Shown here piece after piece: positions 47,226 through 56,009 of a DNA stretch of 64,000 bases; the stretch's first letter is position 1; each line of letters opens with the position of its first letter. The position numbers were made by a program, and so were the translations under genes. The stretch comes from a virus. Location of the stretch: positions 1 to 64,000 of IMG/VR virus record IMGVR_UViG_3300035698_011044. One strand, 5' to 3'. The notes under the pieces were generated by a model, which was not told the DNA's origin, searched no databases, and saw nothing but the letters and a program-made list of their open reading frames with translations.

Positions 47226-47478
47226 ATTTCCTCCTGGTTAAAATTATTCAATATCGTATTTTTTAATCGATGTAACAGGGACAACAAGACTACCTTTTAT
47301 AGTCGCAACTTCACCATTATTTACCCTTCTTTGCAAGAGGAGAAAACCTCTCTAATAATCCGTGAGCAAAAATACGAAAGTGAAGCAGTTTTTTGCGTCC
47401 GCAAGGTCACTACAAGAGAAACCACTATAAAAGAGGGTTTTAATGCAGCACCTTGCTCGGATCTGTACTCATTCAAAG

Positions 47479-48741
47479 CTATCCCACCATTCCGCAATCT
47501 TTAAGCATGATACAATTCTGAGTTCCCCCAGCATTATCTCCGACAAATTCTATCAGAAGCTGGAACCCGCGGGATGTGAGATCCTTGATAACTTCACGCT
47601 GATTGTCATTATCTAGAAGCTGAAAGTCCTGGAGGAAAATATACTTAAATTCCGACTTACTTTTCTCAGCCATGAGGACGGGTACAATCCTCAGAGCTTC
47701 CCCCGAGCTGAGGTGCTTCATGTATCTATCGTTGTAGAGGAGTTCTCCAGCCTCGTTGATAGAGAGTTCTGGGAATGGGAGATTCTGAGTCGCAAGATAT
47801 TCTCCACGCACTACCTCGATCTCTTTCTGCTCGGCACGATTGCCAGCAAGAGCCTTTGTGGAAACTTCTTTGTCGGCTATAGATTTAATGTACGCCTGAT
47901 AGAGATTGGCTTTATTATTAGTTTCGTTGATATTGAAAATTTTTGTTTCAATCACTGAAATGTCAAGGCGAGGGTTTTGCTCTATCCAGGAATCGATCCC
48001 AGCAAGACGCTCTGTCCGGGCCACTATCTCCCCCCTCATTAACCGAATCTCTTCTTCCTTTTCGATAATGTATTTTCGATCTGAAACATTATCCTCTTCA
48101 AGAGATGCCTTAATGGCAAGTCTCTGGTCAACGCTCAGATTGAACTGATTAGCACTTGCCAGCGCACCCATCAGCTCTCCCGCATTTGCCCCAACGACTT
48201 CCTCAACTGGATCCGGAACAACAATCTTATTGTCGTCACGCTTCAGGTTGGTGTGCGTCTCTTTAAGCTTCTGAAGACAAGCATCAAAGTCGTCGGTATC
48301 TATACCGAGAGATCCAGCCTGCTGCTTTGGAGTAAGTTCCAAAAATCTTCTAGGAGCAATGAGGTGAAGATTAAAAAGTCCGTTCAACCAGTCCTGGTCA
48401 AGAGTAACTCCCTCCGGACCGTCAATTTTAAGTGTTTGTTTACTCTTCGTAAAATTGCGAGCAACTCGCACTTCCTGCCCAAGGTGATCTACTAATGATA
48501 TTGAGATATTCGCAGAAGCTCCAGCCTTCCCAATATATTCATCCTTCGTGCCTGGGAGAGGAATTACCTCACCCTTCTTTACTGCAGCAATACCCTGGAG
48601 GGCTGCCCAAATAACATCGAGCCCAACAGTCGTCTTACCAGCACCATTTTTACCAATGAGATATGTAACATTATTGCTGAAGCTTGCCTCAAACTCCATG
48701 AACCCAGCGAAGTTTGTGAGGTTGATTTTTTTGAGTTTCAT
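47479..48741 (-). CDS. SMC/Rad50-like ABC ATPase
   Basis: Walker A GKNGAGKT, central coiled coil, LSSGE signature, Walker B-like IFLQD..LD. Confidence 0.8.
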   Translation of the reverse strand: MKLKKINLTNFAGFMEFEASFSNNVTYLIGKNGAGKTTVGLDVIWAALQGIAAVKKGEVIPLPGTKDEYIGKAGASANISISLVDHLGQEVRVARNFTKSKQTLKIDGPEGVTLDQDWLNGLFNLHLIAPRRFLELTPKQQAGSLGIDTDDFDACLQKLKETHTNLKRDDNKIVVPDPVEEVVGANAGELMGALASANQFNLSVDQRLAIKASLEEDNVSDRKYIIEKEEEIRLMRGEIVARTERLAGIDSWIEQNPRLDISVIETKIFNINETNNKANLYQAYIKSIADKEVSTKALAGNRAEQKEIEVVRGEYLATQNLPFPELSINEAGELLYNDRYMKHLSSGEALRIVPVLMAEKSKSEFKYIFLQDFQLLDNDNQREVIKDLTSRGFQLLIEFVGDNAGGTQNCIMLKDCGMVG

Positions 48742-48814
48742 CCGTGTACCTATTCCTTTGAATATAGTATAAGAAAACATGTTATATTTAAGATACTATT
48801 AATAACAGTTTGCG

Positions 48815-49717
48815 TTAATAGTTTTGTTGTATTAATTTTGAATAATCAATATTTCTGGAAAGGGCATATCCAATTCCCTCATAGGTATCATTGTATTCTA
48901 CTGCGTCCATCTTGTCCATTTTTGCCGGTATCTTCTGGTCGCTATGTTGGAATGTTACATTTCGTTTTGTGCGAGCAATTTCCCTCATGTCTTGAACAGA
49001 AGATCTAATTGACTCGGCACGAGCAAGACCGCCATGTTTAGGACTCAAAAATGCCATAACCTGCTTCCCCGCACGAGCCCTAATTGCGTCTTTGTAACTC
49101 ATAGAATAATCTGACCACCCACAACCCAGGGATAAAATGTGGATCCGTTTGTCGTCCCAGCCCTGACGATTGATTTCTACCCATGCCTGACGGAGAGGAG
49201 AGTTTGCTCCGCCACATCCGCCATCCATCCAAACTTCTTTTTCGATAGGATCTATCATCGAACCAAAAAATAGGGGAGCTGCGAAAGATCTACAGACCAC
49301 TTCAGTGAGTGCAAGTTTTCCGTCCTTTGGCTCCCAGCTTTTAAAGTAGTGTGTCCGGCCAGATACAAGTCCAAAGGAAGTGCTCATGAACCTAGTGTCC
49401 ATATCTTCCATCTGGAGGTGAGGCCCAATATTATCGTGCAAAAGGTTGGAGACTTTTTTGCGATCGTACTTTGGGATCCTGAAGAATCTTTTTTTGAAAA
49501 TGTCCGGCAAATTCTTCATTGCAAGATCGTGACTCGTGCCTGCTGTTATTCGGCCAGAAGCCATGAGAGCCCCGTTAATCGATCCGGCAGAGGTTCCAAC
49601 TATAAGGTCGAAGATGTCACTGATCGACATTTTTACGCGCTGCTCTATCATTTTGAGCTGCATCGATTCTATTGGGAGTTTATCTCCTCCGCCTGCTAAT
49701 ACGAGTACACGTTTCAT
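48815..49717 (-). CDS. Patatin-like phospholipase
   Basis: VLVLAGGG, GTSAG nucleophile elbow, SFAAP, DGG, ILSLGCG motifs. Confidence 0.88.
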   Translation of the reverse strand: MKRVLVLAGGGDKLPIESMQLKMIEQRVKMSISDIFDLIVGTSAGSINGALMASGRITAGTSHDLAMKNLPDIFKKRFFRIPKYDRKKVSNLLHDNIGPHLQMEDMDTRFMSTSFGLVSGRTHYFKSWEPKDGKLALTEVVCRSFAAPLFFGSMIDPIEKEVWMDGGCGGANSPLRQAWVEINRQGWDDKRIHILSLGCGWSDYSMSYKDAIRARAGKQVMAFLSPKHGGLARAESIRSSVQDMREIARTKRNVTFQHSDQKIPAKMDKMDAVEYNDTYEGIGYALSRNIDYSKLIQQNY

Positions 49718-49748
49718 AAGCCATTCCCATTTGGGTTGTATGTAAAGA

Positions 49749-50042
49749 CTAAAGCGTTTTTGCTTCCCATCTTTGAAACTCATTGTATTCATATGTGATC
49801 TTATTTAATTTTTCCTGAGCTTTCGAGACGTTAGATTGCAACACTTCTCTATATCCAGCGATAGCCTCTTCAGAAGTTTTAAAATACCACAACCCTACAT
49901 CTGACTTTGATATCTTCTTTAAATATCTATCCATTGTGGTGTTTTTCAGGGTTATAGTATTCTTGGTCTCTTTTTCAATTAAAGTTTCACAGACTTTTAT
50001 GTTCCCATCCCAAAACTTATGTACATAGTAAATTTTTTCCAT
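49749..50042 (-). CDS. Hypothetical protein
   Basis: 97-aa ORF with RBS. Confidence 0.55.
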   Translation of the reverse strand: MEKIYYVHKFWDGNIKVCETLIEKETKNTITLKNTTMDRYLKKISKSDVGLWYFKTSEEAIAGYREVLQSNVSKAQEKLNKITYEYNEFQRWEAKTL

Positions 50043-50070
50043 TATCCCATTCCTTAGTTAAAGTAACTGT

Positions 50071-50196
50071 TTACTCTTTACCAATATGCTTATCACTATT
50101 CCCACAGTAAGGGCATTTGTAATACGTTAAAATTTTGTCTCCGCAAGAGCTTTGGCCTTTTTTCCTAGACGGCTTATTGCATTTCGTACAGTTCAT
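50071..50196 (-). CDS. Small zinc-ribbon peptide
   Basis: MNCTKC...YKCPYCG, 41 aa, GGAG RBS; read manually. Confidence 0.5.
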   Translation of the reverse strand: MNCTKCNKPSRKKGQSSCGDKILTYYKCPYCGNSDKHIGKE

Positions 50197-50215
50197 CAAT
50201 TCTCCATTCTGTTTT

Positions 50216-50608
50216 TTAACAATCATGATCTACCATATCTATTAGTTCTGGATTTTCAAACATATTCCCAGCAAGTTTTATCTCAGACATTAATCGGAGA
50301 CAATCCGGCGTTTCGTAATTACCAATAAAGGATAATAGGTTGTATCCAATCAATTCGTATGCGTCAACATGTATAGGCTTGAGAGCAATGAGAATATGAC
50401 TTCCAAAATCACTATCAACAACAAGGTCGCCTTCGTATATTAAATTGCCGTTGCGGTCCAGGAGAGTCGTGCATTGCATCACATAGTAATCACTCGTGTC
50501 AGTTCCGCTTTCCAGGATAGCTTTTTGAAAGTCTTCGTGCTCCTGGAAGTTGTTAATTATTACCTTGTTCTTTTTGTCCCATGCTCGGAACCTGTATCGG
50601 TCGGTCAT
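50216..50608 (-). CDS. YopX-family phage protein
   Basis: FRAWDK, MQCTTLLDRNGNLIYEGD, GNMFENPEL motifs. Confidence 0.88.
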   Translation of the reverse strand: MTDRYRFRAWDKKNKVIINNFQEHEDFQKAILESGTDTSDYYVMQCTTLLDRNGNLIYEGDLVVDSDFGSHILIALKPIHVDAYELIGYNLLSFIGNYETPDCLRLMSEIKLAGNMFENPELIDMVDHDC

Positions 50609-50832
50609 TATTCCTCCTCCACAAATCCATTTTCTAGTGCCCACTCGCGAAGGTATTCGTCTTCACAAACATCTTCGATTGATTGGTTTTTAGCCCAATC
50701 AAACAAGTCTTTTTCTGCAAACACTTCCTCAGGGCTAAGGGTTTCTTTAATCCAAGTTAGAGCCTCTTCCAAAAGGCTATCTCTATCAATTATAGAGTCC
50801 GTAAACCTCCTGCTTGATTCGTATGAGGCCAT
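50608..50832 (-). CDS. Acidic hypothetical protein
   Basis: 74 aa, coupled. Confidence 0.6.
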   Translation of the reverse strand: MASYESSRRFTDSIIDRDSLLEEALTWIKETLSPEEVFAEKDLFDWAKNQSIEDVCEDEYLREWALENGFVEEE

Positions 50833-50835
50833 AAG

Positions 50836-51165
50836 TTATTCCTTTTCTGCGCAGTAAATAGGTGTCCGCGCGGGTAGTTTAAGTTGTCTCCAAAAGTAAT
50901 CTCTAAACTGTTGTATCATTCCTACTGTTACCCATTTTTTAGGAGCGAAGTAGAGACACCACTTCTCCACATCTCTCCGGCACTTAATTGACTCGATTAG
51001 GATGGAGTGTGTGAATCCATATCCCGGGTTATAGAACTCTACGAAGTAGCCACTAAAAACTATCATACGGTCCTTCTGCGACTTCCTCAAAGAGAGAATA
51101 TTGCCCTTGAAAACTAAACTTAGCGGGAACCTTTCCTGTTGAACCATCTCTTTGTTTGGCAACAA
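50836..51165 (-). CDS. Hypothetical protein (true start probably near 51066)
   Basis: ORF fills the gap after dnaB. Confidence 0.4.
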   Translation of the reverse strand: MLPNKEMVQQERFPLSLVFKGNILSLRKSQKDRMIVFSGYFVEFYNPGYGFTHSILIESIKCRRDVEKWCLYFAPKKWVTVGMIQQFRDYFWRQLKLPARTPIYCAEKE

Positions 51166-52399
51166 TTAATTCAGCAACACCCTTGAGTTCAAGATCATTT
51201 TTATAAACCTCTTCTCTAAATGGAAAAATTATAATATCTGCATCCTGCTCAATCTCACCAGAATTTCTAAGATCCGACATTTTGGGGCGCGGATCCGGAC
51301 GGTTCTCTGTTTGTCTTGAGAGTTGACTTAAAGCAATTACCGGAATGTTAAGCTCTTTAGATATCTGCTTAAGCCCGCGAGTAATAGATCCAGTCTTCTC
51401 ACTTGTACTCACATCATCTCCACCCTCAAGTTTCATAAGTTGCAAATAGTCAATTATAACCATCCCAATATTCTCCTGCTTATACATCCTGCGAGTTTTT
51501 GATTTTATGCTAGATATCGTAGTGTTAGTATCGTCATCAATGTAAAGTGGATAGTTTACCAACGAAGAAACCGTACTATTTAACTGCGTCCAATCATCAT
51601 GAGTAAGTTTGCCAGATCTAAGCCTACCCATAGAAATCTTCGCTTCTGACGCCATGCAACGCCGAACAAGCTGCTCTTTAGACATCTCTATAGAAAAAAT
51701 TAACACATGAGTTTGCATAAGCTTAATAGCGTTAAGGGCAAAGTTAAGAGCTAAAGCTGTCTTTCCCATACTTGGTCTTCCAGCAATAACCGTAAGTTGT
51801 CCTCCCTCAAATCCATATATCATTCTATCAAGAGATGGGAAGCCTGTAATTATACCCTTAATCTCATCCCTGGATCTCCGCTCAATATTCTCCAGTGTTC
51901 CAGGAAGGATATCTTTAACATTACTGATTTTTGAGGCATAAGTCTCTTCTGAAAACCCAATCGTTTTCTTCTCAGAAAAATCAATAAGGTTGCCGACATT
52001 AACATCTGGCTCATACGCTTTACCTAAAATCTCAGTAGAACTCACAATAATGTCCCTGAGAGTAGCCTTATTTTTGAGTATATTTACATGCCCTTCAATT
52101 TTAGATACGGAACTTATGCTCTCTGTGAGCTCACAAAGAAAGAGCTCTCCTCCACAGTCCTTAAGACACTTTTGAGTACGCATCTCTTCTGCAAGTGTTA
52201 CAATATCGATACCAGTACCTCTTGAGTACAAAGTCTCTATACAGTTGAACACTTTTTTGTGAATACTACTGTAAAAATAACTTTCTTGCATTAAGTCAAT
52301 AATATCATCTATAAGATTTGGGTTTGTCATCGCTGTTGCAAGGACAACTTTTTCAATACAGGTAGATTGTGGCATCATCTTGTTTTGGTGGTAAGACAT
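51053..52399 (-). CDS. dnaB: Replicative DNA helicase
   Basis: IAGRPSMGKT, FSIEMS, IIDYLQL, ALSQLSR, DLRNSGEIEQDAD, AKQRDG motifs. Confidence 0.96.
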   Translation of the reverse strand: MSYHQNKMMPQSTCIEKVVLATAMTNPNLIDDIIDLMQESYFYSSIHKKVFNCIETLYSRGTGIDIVTLAEEMRTQKCLKDCGGELFLCELTESISSVSKIEGHVNILKNKATLRDIIVSSTEILGKAYEPDVNVGNLIDFSEKKTIGFSEETYASKISNVKDILPGTLENIERRSRDEIKGIITGFPSLDRMIYGFEGGQLTVIAGRPSMGKTALALNFALNAIKLMQTHVLIFSIEMSKEQLVRRCMASEAKISMGRLRSGKLTHDDWTQLNSTVSSLVNYPLYIDDDTNTTISSIKSKTRRMYKQENIGMVIIDYLQLMKLEGGDDVSTSEKTGSITRGLKQISKELNIPVIALSQLSRQTENRPDPRPKMSDLRNSGEIEQDADIIIFPFREEVYKNDLELKGVAELIVAKQRDGSTGKVPAKFSFQGQYSLFEEVAEGPYDSF

Positions 52400-53180
52400 A
52401 TTCGTCTCCTTCTAGGTTTTCAAGTTCTGCTACGGAATGGTAGTTAAGATTATGTTGAGCTTGACCATTTATAGGTTTATCAACTTTCCAAGTAACGCTA
52501 TTTAATGGATCACATTCGGGAAGATACTGTTTGAAAGGAGAGCTTTTTTGACTATCAGGTCGAAAGAAGTTCTCAAGAGTATATTTATATTTCCCATAAA
52601 AATCCCGGCCATCAACCATAAGCGCATTATAATTCTTAATACTCCCAGCAATATCCTCAAAAGAATGCTCACCCAAAACTCTACGGATAACATCCTTCAT
52701 TCTTTTAGTTATTCCCTTATGAGTAGTAATACCCTTAAGGCTTTGCCAATAACTATAAACACCATCAATATTAAAATTCTGAGGCGGGCTTTTTATCTCT
52801 TTTTTATTCTTACTTCTTACTTCTAACTTCTGGCTTCCACTTTTTTTTAAGTTACTTCTAACATTTTTCGTGTAAGTGTCTGATATTGCAGTAAGTTTTT
52901 GGCAGGATATTGAAATTCTATTTGAAGTGTAACTCAACTGGAATCGATCTCTACTTGAGAAGTAATTCAAAATAAGCTTAAGTTTTGGTCCAGATATTCC
53001 AGGAAACCACATCTTAAAAGCCTTGAAATTCATATCAAGCGGCTCTTCTATCGCATCCTCTCTACTGAGTATTTCAAGCGTATTAAAGAATACATAATAT
53101 CCCGCAGGCCCAAACTCCATAATTGCAGTAACAAGATCGCCGTCAGAAGTGCTATTGGCTAAATGTTTAAACCACTTCAT
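52353..53180 (-). CDS. Phage replication initiator / replisome organiser
   Basis: MKWFKH...GPAGYYVF N-terminus, EVRSKNK linker, directly upstream of dnaB. Confidence 0.7.
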   Translation of the reverse strand: MKWFKHLANSTSDGDLVTAIMEFGPAGYYVFFNTLEILSREDAIEEPLDMNFKAFKMWFPGISGPKLKLILNYFSSRDRFQLSYTSNRISISCQKLTAISDTYTKNVRSNLKKSGSQKLEVRSKNKKEIKSPPQNFNIDGVYSYWQSLKGITTHKGITKRMKDVIRRVLGEHSFEDIAGSIKNYNALMVDGRDFYGKYKYTLENFFRPDSQKSSPFKQYLPECDPLNSVTWKVDKPINGQAQHNLNYHSVAELENLEGDEYVLPPKQDDATIYLY

Positions 53181-53412
53181 TTTTATCAACTTTTTCTATA
53201 TTGTCAAAAATTTTGACGACATCATCCTCGGTGTAACCCTTGTGTTTAATTAGCACAGTAAAAAACCATAAAGAGACACTCTTACTATGTCCTCCATGTA
53301 TTTCGTAATGGCAACAGGTGCATCGATAAGAGTCTCTGCTTAACACCGCACCTCTTAATTTAAGCCACTTAATATCTTTAAGGCTAGTTGAGTACCTCTT
53401 TTTAAAATCCAT
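53167..53412 (-). CDS. Degenerate HNH-like protein
   Basis: WLKLRGAVLSRDSYRC start of an HNH domain followed at once by CHYEIH; core missing. Confidence 0.5.
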   Translation of the reverse strand: MDFKKRYSTSLKDIKWLKLRGAVLSRDSYRCTCCHYEIHGGHSKSVSLWFFTVLIKHKGYTEDDVVKIFDNIEKVDKNEVV

Positions 53413-53581
53413 AATTAACCTTTAAAAAGAACAGGACCAACAACCAGTTGAGAGGAATTACCCAATGGAGAAAGGAATTCGTATTCTGATTGCCAATCCT
53501 GTTTTGTTTTTTTGAGTTTGTAACATTTTGAAGCTCCATTGTTTTTGAGTCTGCGTCGGATCTCACACCTTCACACTAACC

Positions 53582-53609
53582 AATATAGATCTCGCAATTT
53601 ACTTGTCAA
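53582..53609 (-). promoter_or_regulatory. Sigma70-type promoter for the replication operon
   Basis: TTGACA-16 bp-TATATT. Confidence 0.6.
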
Positions 53610-53624
53610 TCAATTTTTAATTTA

Positions 53625-53942
53625 TTAACTACAATCATCAATATACCCACTAAGAGTCCTAATAGCGTCAATCACATACAGGGCTTTATAGAAGGTATCC
53701 CTGAAAAAATAGTCACCATTGTTTTTGTGATAGACAAAAAAACACATACACACATCATTCTCTTCACCACTCTTGTAAAGCGCATAAATCTCCACAAAGC
53801 TATCTCTATCACAAGACACATCTTCTTCTTTATAGCACAGCATTGATCCTATTAATATTTTTTTTGCAGGGAAAGTCCATAGTCCATTATCTAAATCAAT
53901 CTTGTTTTCGCTCAGAATTTTTGTTGCTTTACGCTTATCCAT
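53625..53942 (-). CDS. Hypothetical protein
   Basis: GAGGAG RBS, MDKRKATK... Confidence 0.55.
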   Translation of the reverse strand: MDKRKATKILSENKIDLDNGLWTFPAKKILIGSMLCYKEEDVSCDRDSFVEIYALYKSGEENDVCMCFFVYHKNNGDYFFRDTFYKALYVIDAIRTLSGYIDDCS

Positions 53943-53952
53943 CAACTTCTCC

Positions 53953-54234
53953 TCACATGTTAGGAACTGATTGTTGTTTATCCAGCATATCTGCATACGA
54001 GTCGGTCTTCTTAGCTCGCCTGATTATCTTGCTCCACCTGTCATAGTATTCCTCAAACTTCTCAGAGAACTTGTGGCTAGGGCCTTTCATGCTGGCATCC
54101 TTCAAGTTGTGGAAACACTTTCTTAGTGGGCAGTCCTCAACATCGTCCGGAGTTTTTGAAGAGCAGTCCATGATCGCTGTTTTAGAGTGCCGGTCGCAGA
54201 GGTAGTTTCTACATTGCTGTTTATGTGGAGCCAT
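53953..54234 (-). CDS. Cys-rich hypothetical protein
   Basis: 93 aa, TAATG coupling. Confidence 0.55.
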   Translation of the reverse strand: MAPHKQQCRNYLCDRHSKTAIMDCSSKTPDDVEDCPLRKCFHNLKDASMKGPSHKFSEKFEEYYDRWSKIIRRAKKTDSYADMLDKQQSVPNM

Positions 54235-54443
54235 TAGGTTTTACCTTTCGTTATTCCGGTTTCACATTTGTCTTTGCCGTACTTTGGATGTTTGTGGTTA
54301 TTGAAAATAAGTTTTCCTCTTAGATGATGAGTGTAGTTCATTGCGCCACATTTTCTGCACCAATTAGCCCTGTAAATTATCACTCCTTTTTCTATAAGAA
54401 TTTCCTTTTTAACAATTTGGACATAGTCGTGGTGAGTGCTCAT
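54234..54443 (-). CDS. Small zinc-binding hypothetical protein
   Basis: HHDY...WCRKCG, AAGGAG RBS. Confidence 0.55.
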   Translation of the reverse strand: MSTHHDYVQIVKKEILIEKGVIIYRANWCRKCGAMNYTHHLRGKLIFNNHKHPKYGKDKCETGITKGKT

Positions 54444-54446
54444 TTT

Positions 54447-54749
54447 TTATTTCTCCTTTCGCTTATCCCATGAGAGAAGTAATTCGTATTTGCCATTATA
54501 TTTAGTCCGGCCAGAATCTCGCTCGGATACCTGTCTCACTTCTACCATCGCGTTGTCGAGGAGTATTCCCACAAAAGCGTCATCCTCTTTACCTATATGG
54601 TGAGTCCGAGTTCTTAGCCCCGCCTCATTTAAAGCCGTTAGAAGAGGAATTGCCTTGTTGTTGGCTACAAATGGACCATCGCCGAGATCGATGAGCTGGT
54701 GATCTGCTCCGATCTCGTGGTGGTGATTACAGTTGTACTTGCATTGCAT
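54447..54749 (-). CDS. Hypothetical protein
   Basis: 100 aa; RBS supplied by the 109-bp repeat. Confidence 0.6.
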   Translation of the reverse strand: MQCKYNCNHHHEIGADHQLIDLGDGPFVANNKAIPLLTALNEAGLRTRTHHIGKEDDAFVGILLDNAMVEVRQVSERDSGRTKYNGKYELLLSWDKRKEK

Positions 54750-54752
54750 TCG

Positions 54753-54861
54753 CTATTCCTCTCTACTAATTTATTAATTATTAGTACCTGGTAATTATCA
54801 ATGGATTACATTCGCATTCTGCTTATGCTGGCAGTTTGGTACTATTCCTCTCTATGGTCTA
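54753..54861. repeat. 109-bp dispersed direct repeat, copy 2
   Basis: Aligns without gaps to 42101-42209. Confidence 0.9.
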
Positions 54862-55018
54862 TGGGTTCATAGCAACTATGCTTCATCCCGTCTTTAATAT
54901 TGTGTGGCAATAGATTTGGACAATCATTTTCTATGTGACATTGATGATTTCTCTCTCTAGCCTCTAATGGTAATGTCTACACCTTCGGTTTATCTGGGGT
55001 TTCCGTGTTATTGCTCGG

Positions 55019-55408
55019 CTAGACTATATATCGATCTTTTGGGTGAACCACGTTATTGCCAGTAATATAATCAGCTATTTTTTTAAATAATCTTACCCAA
55101 AACCCCCAGCTAGAGTTCTGTTTTTTTAACTTAATCCTAATAGCCTCGATACTAGCTAACTGTTCGTTACGAAGGTCTGGCAAGCTCCAATCAGCATCAA
55201 AATACTGGCATCCACAACAAAACTTCAAACCGTGAATACTCTGCTGAGCACACCCAACACAACCACCATGGAAGACACGAGTTGTCTTACGGTTAGAACT
55301 ATTCATCATTCGGCTCCCATTCCAGCGTACTCTCATTGCAAACAAAACCACACTCGTGACAAGCGCGCACTCCACGACGTTCTGAATTATGGGAGTGACA
55401 ACATTCAT
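55019..55408 (-). CDS. Cys-rich hypothetical protein (start uncertain)
   Basis: FHGGCVGC...FCCGCQYF. Confidence 0.5.
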   Translation of the reverse strand: MNVVTPIIQNVVECALVTSVVLFAMRVRWNGSRMMNSSNRKTTRVFHGGCVGCAQQSIHGLKFCCGCQYFDADWSLPDLRNEQLASIEAIRIKLKKQNSSWGFWVRLFKKIADYITGNNVVHPKDRYIV

Positions 55409-55459
55409 GTTCTTCGTAAGGATCGATATGACTGGTGTCTGGAAAATTGCGTTTCATAA

Positions 55460-55735
55460 CTAAGCCTTAATCCCAATAGTGTCAAGAGCATCCATGATAA
55501 TCGTTCCGGCTACTGCGGGATCTGTAGCGTAAGATGTGCGCTCTTCCCCATTCGCATTGTTAAGCTTTCCGAGGAGAGCCTCGATAACCTGAGGAACCTC
55601 CGCGTTAGCATCGATGCCAACCAGGAGAGAGTCTGCACTCTGCTTAAAGAGAATCTTCATGTTTATGACATACCCCTTATTATCGCAAGGCACAACCTCG
55701 ACGAACAATTTATACAATTCCTTTTTTGGGCTCAT
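55460..55735 (-). CDS. Hypothetical protein
   Basis: 91 aa, AAGGAG RBS. Confidence 0.6.
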   Translation of the reverse strand: MSPKKELYKLFVEVVPCDNKGYVINMKILFKQSADSLLVGIDANAEVPQVIEALLGKLNNANGEERTSYATDPAVAGTIIMDALDTIGIKA

Positions 55736-55768
55736 TACAACTCCTTGTTAATTGTTGTTTGCTTTAAT

Positions 55769-55987
55769 TTAACTTTTAATGTACGCCTTGTACCATCTTC
55801 TACAAACTGATTTAAAACTTCCCTCGCTTGCTGAGAGAGTCGAACCGCTCAATCTTCCACCCCTACATATCTGATTTCCGAGCGTTCCATCTTTACCGTT
55901 GAGGTTGACGTATACGTATGATGTTCCGTTTCCGCTGAAGAATGTAATTTTTTTGTTAAGTTTTCTGCTTTTAATTGTGTGTTCCAT
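55769..55987 (-). CDS. Small basic hypothetical protein downstream of the ribozyme
   Basis: 72 aa, AAGGAG RBS. Confidence 0.65.
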   Translation of the reverse strand: MEHTIKSRKLNKKITFFSGNGTSYVYVNLNGKDGTLGNQICRGGRLSGSTLSASEGSFKSVCRRWYKAYIKS

Positions 55988-56009
55988 TTCGTTAACTCCT
56001 TTATTGATT

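Noticed and set aside
48815-49717. Complete CBASS system around the patatin gene
   Set aside because: No CD-NTase or ancillary cap genes adjacent
42101-54861. 109-bp repeat pair as the TR/VR of a diversity-generating retroelement
   Set aside because: Mismatches involve all four bases rather than adenines of one copy, and there is no reverse transcriptase in the window
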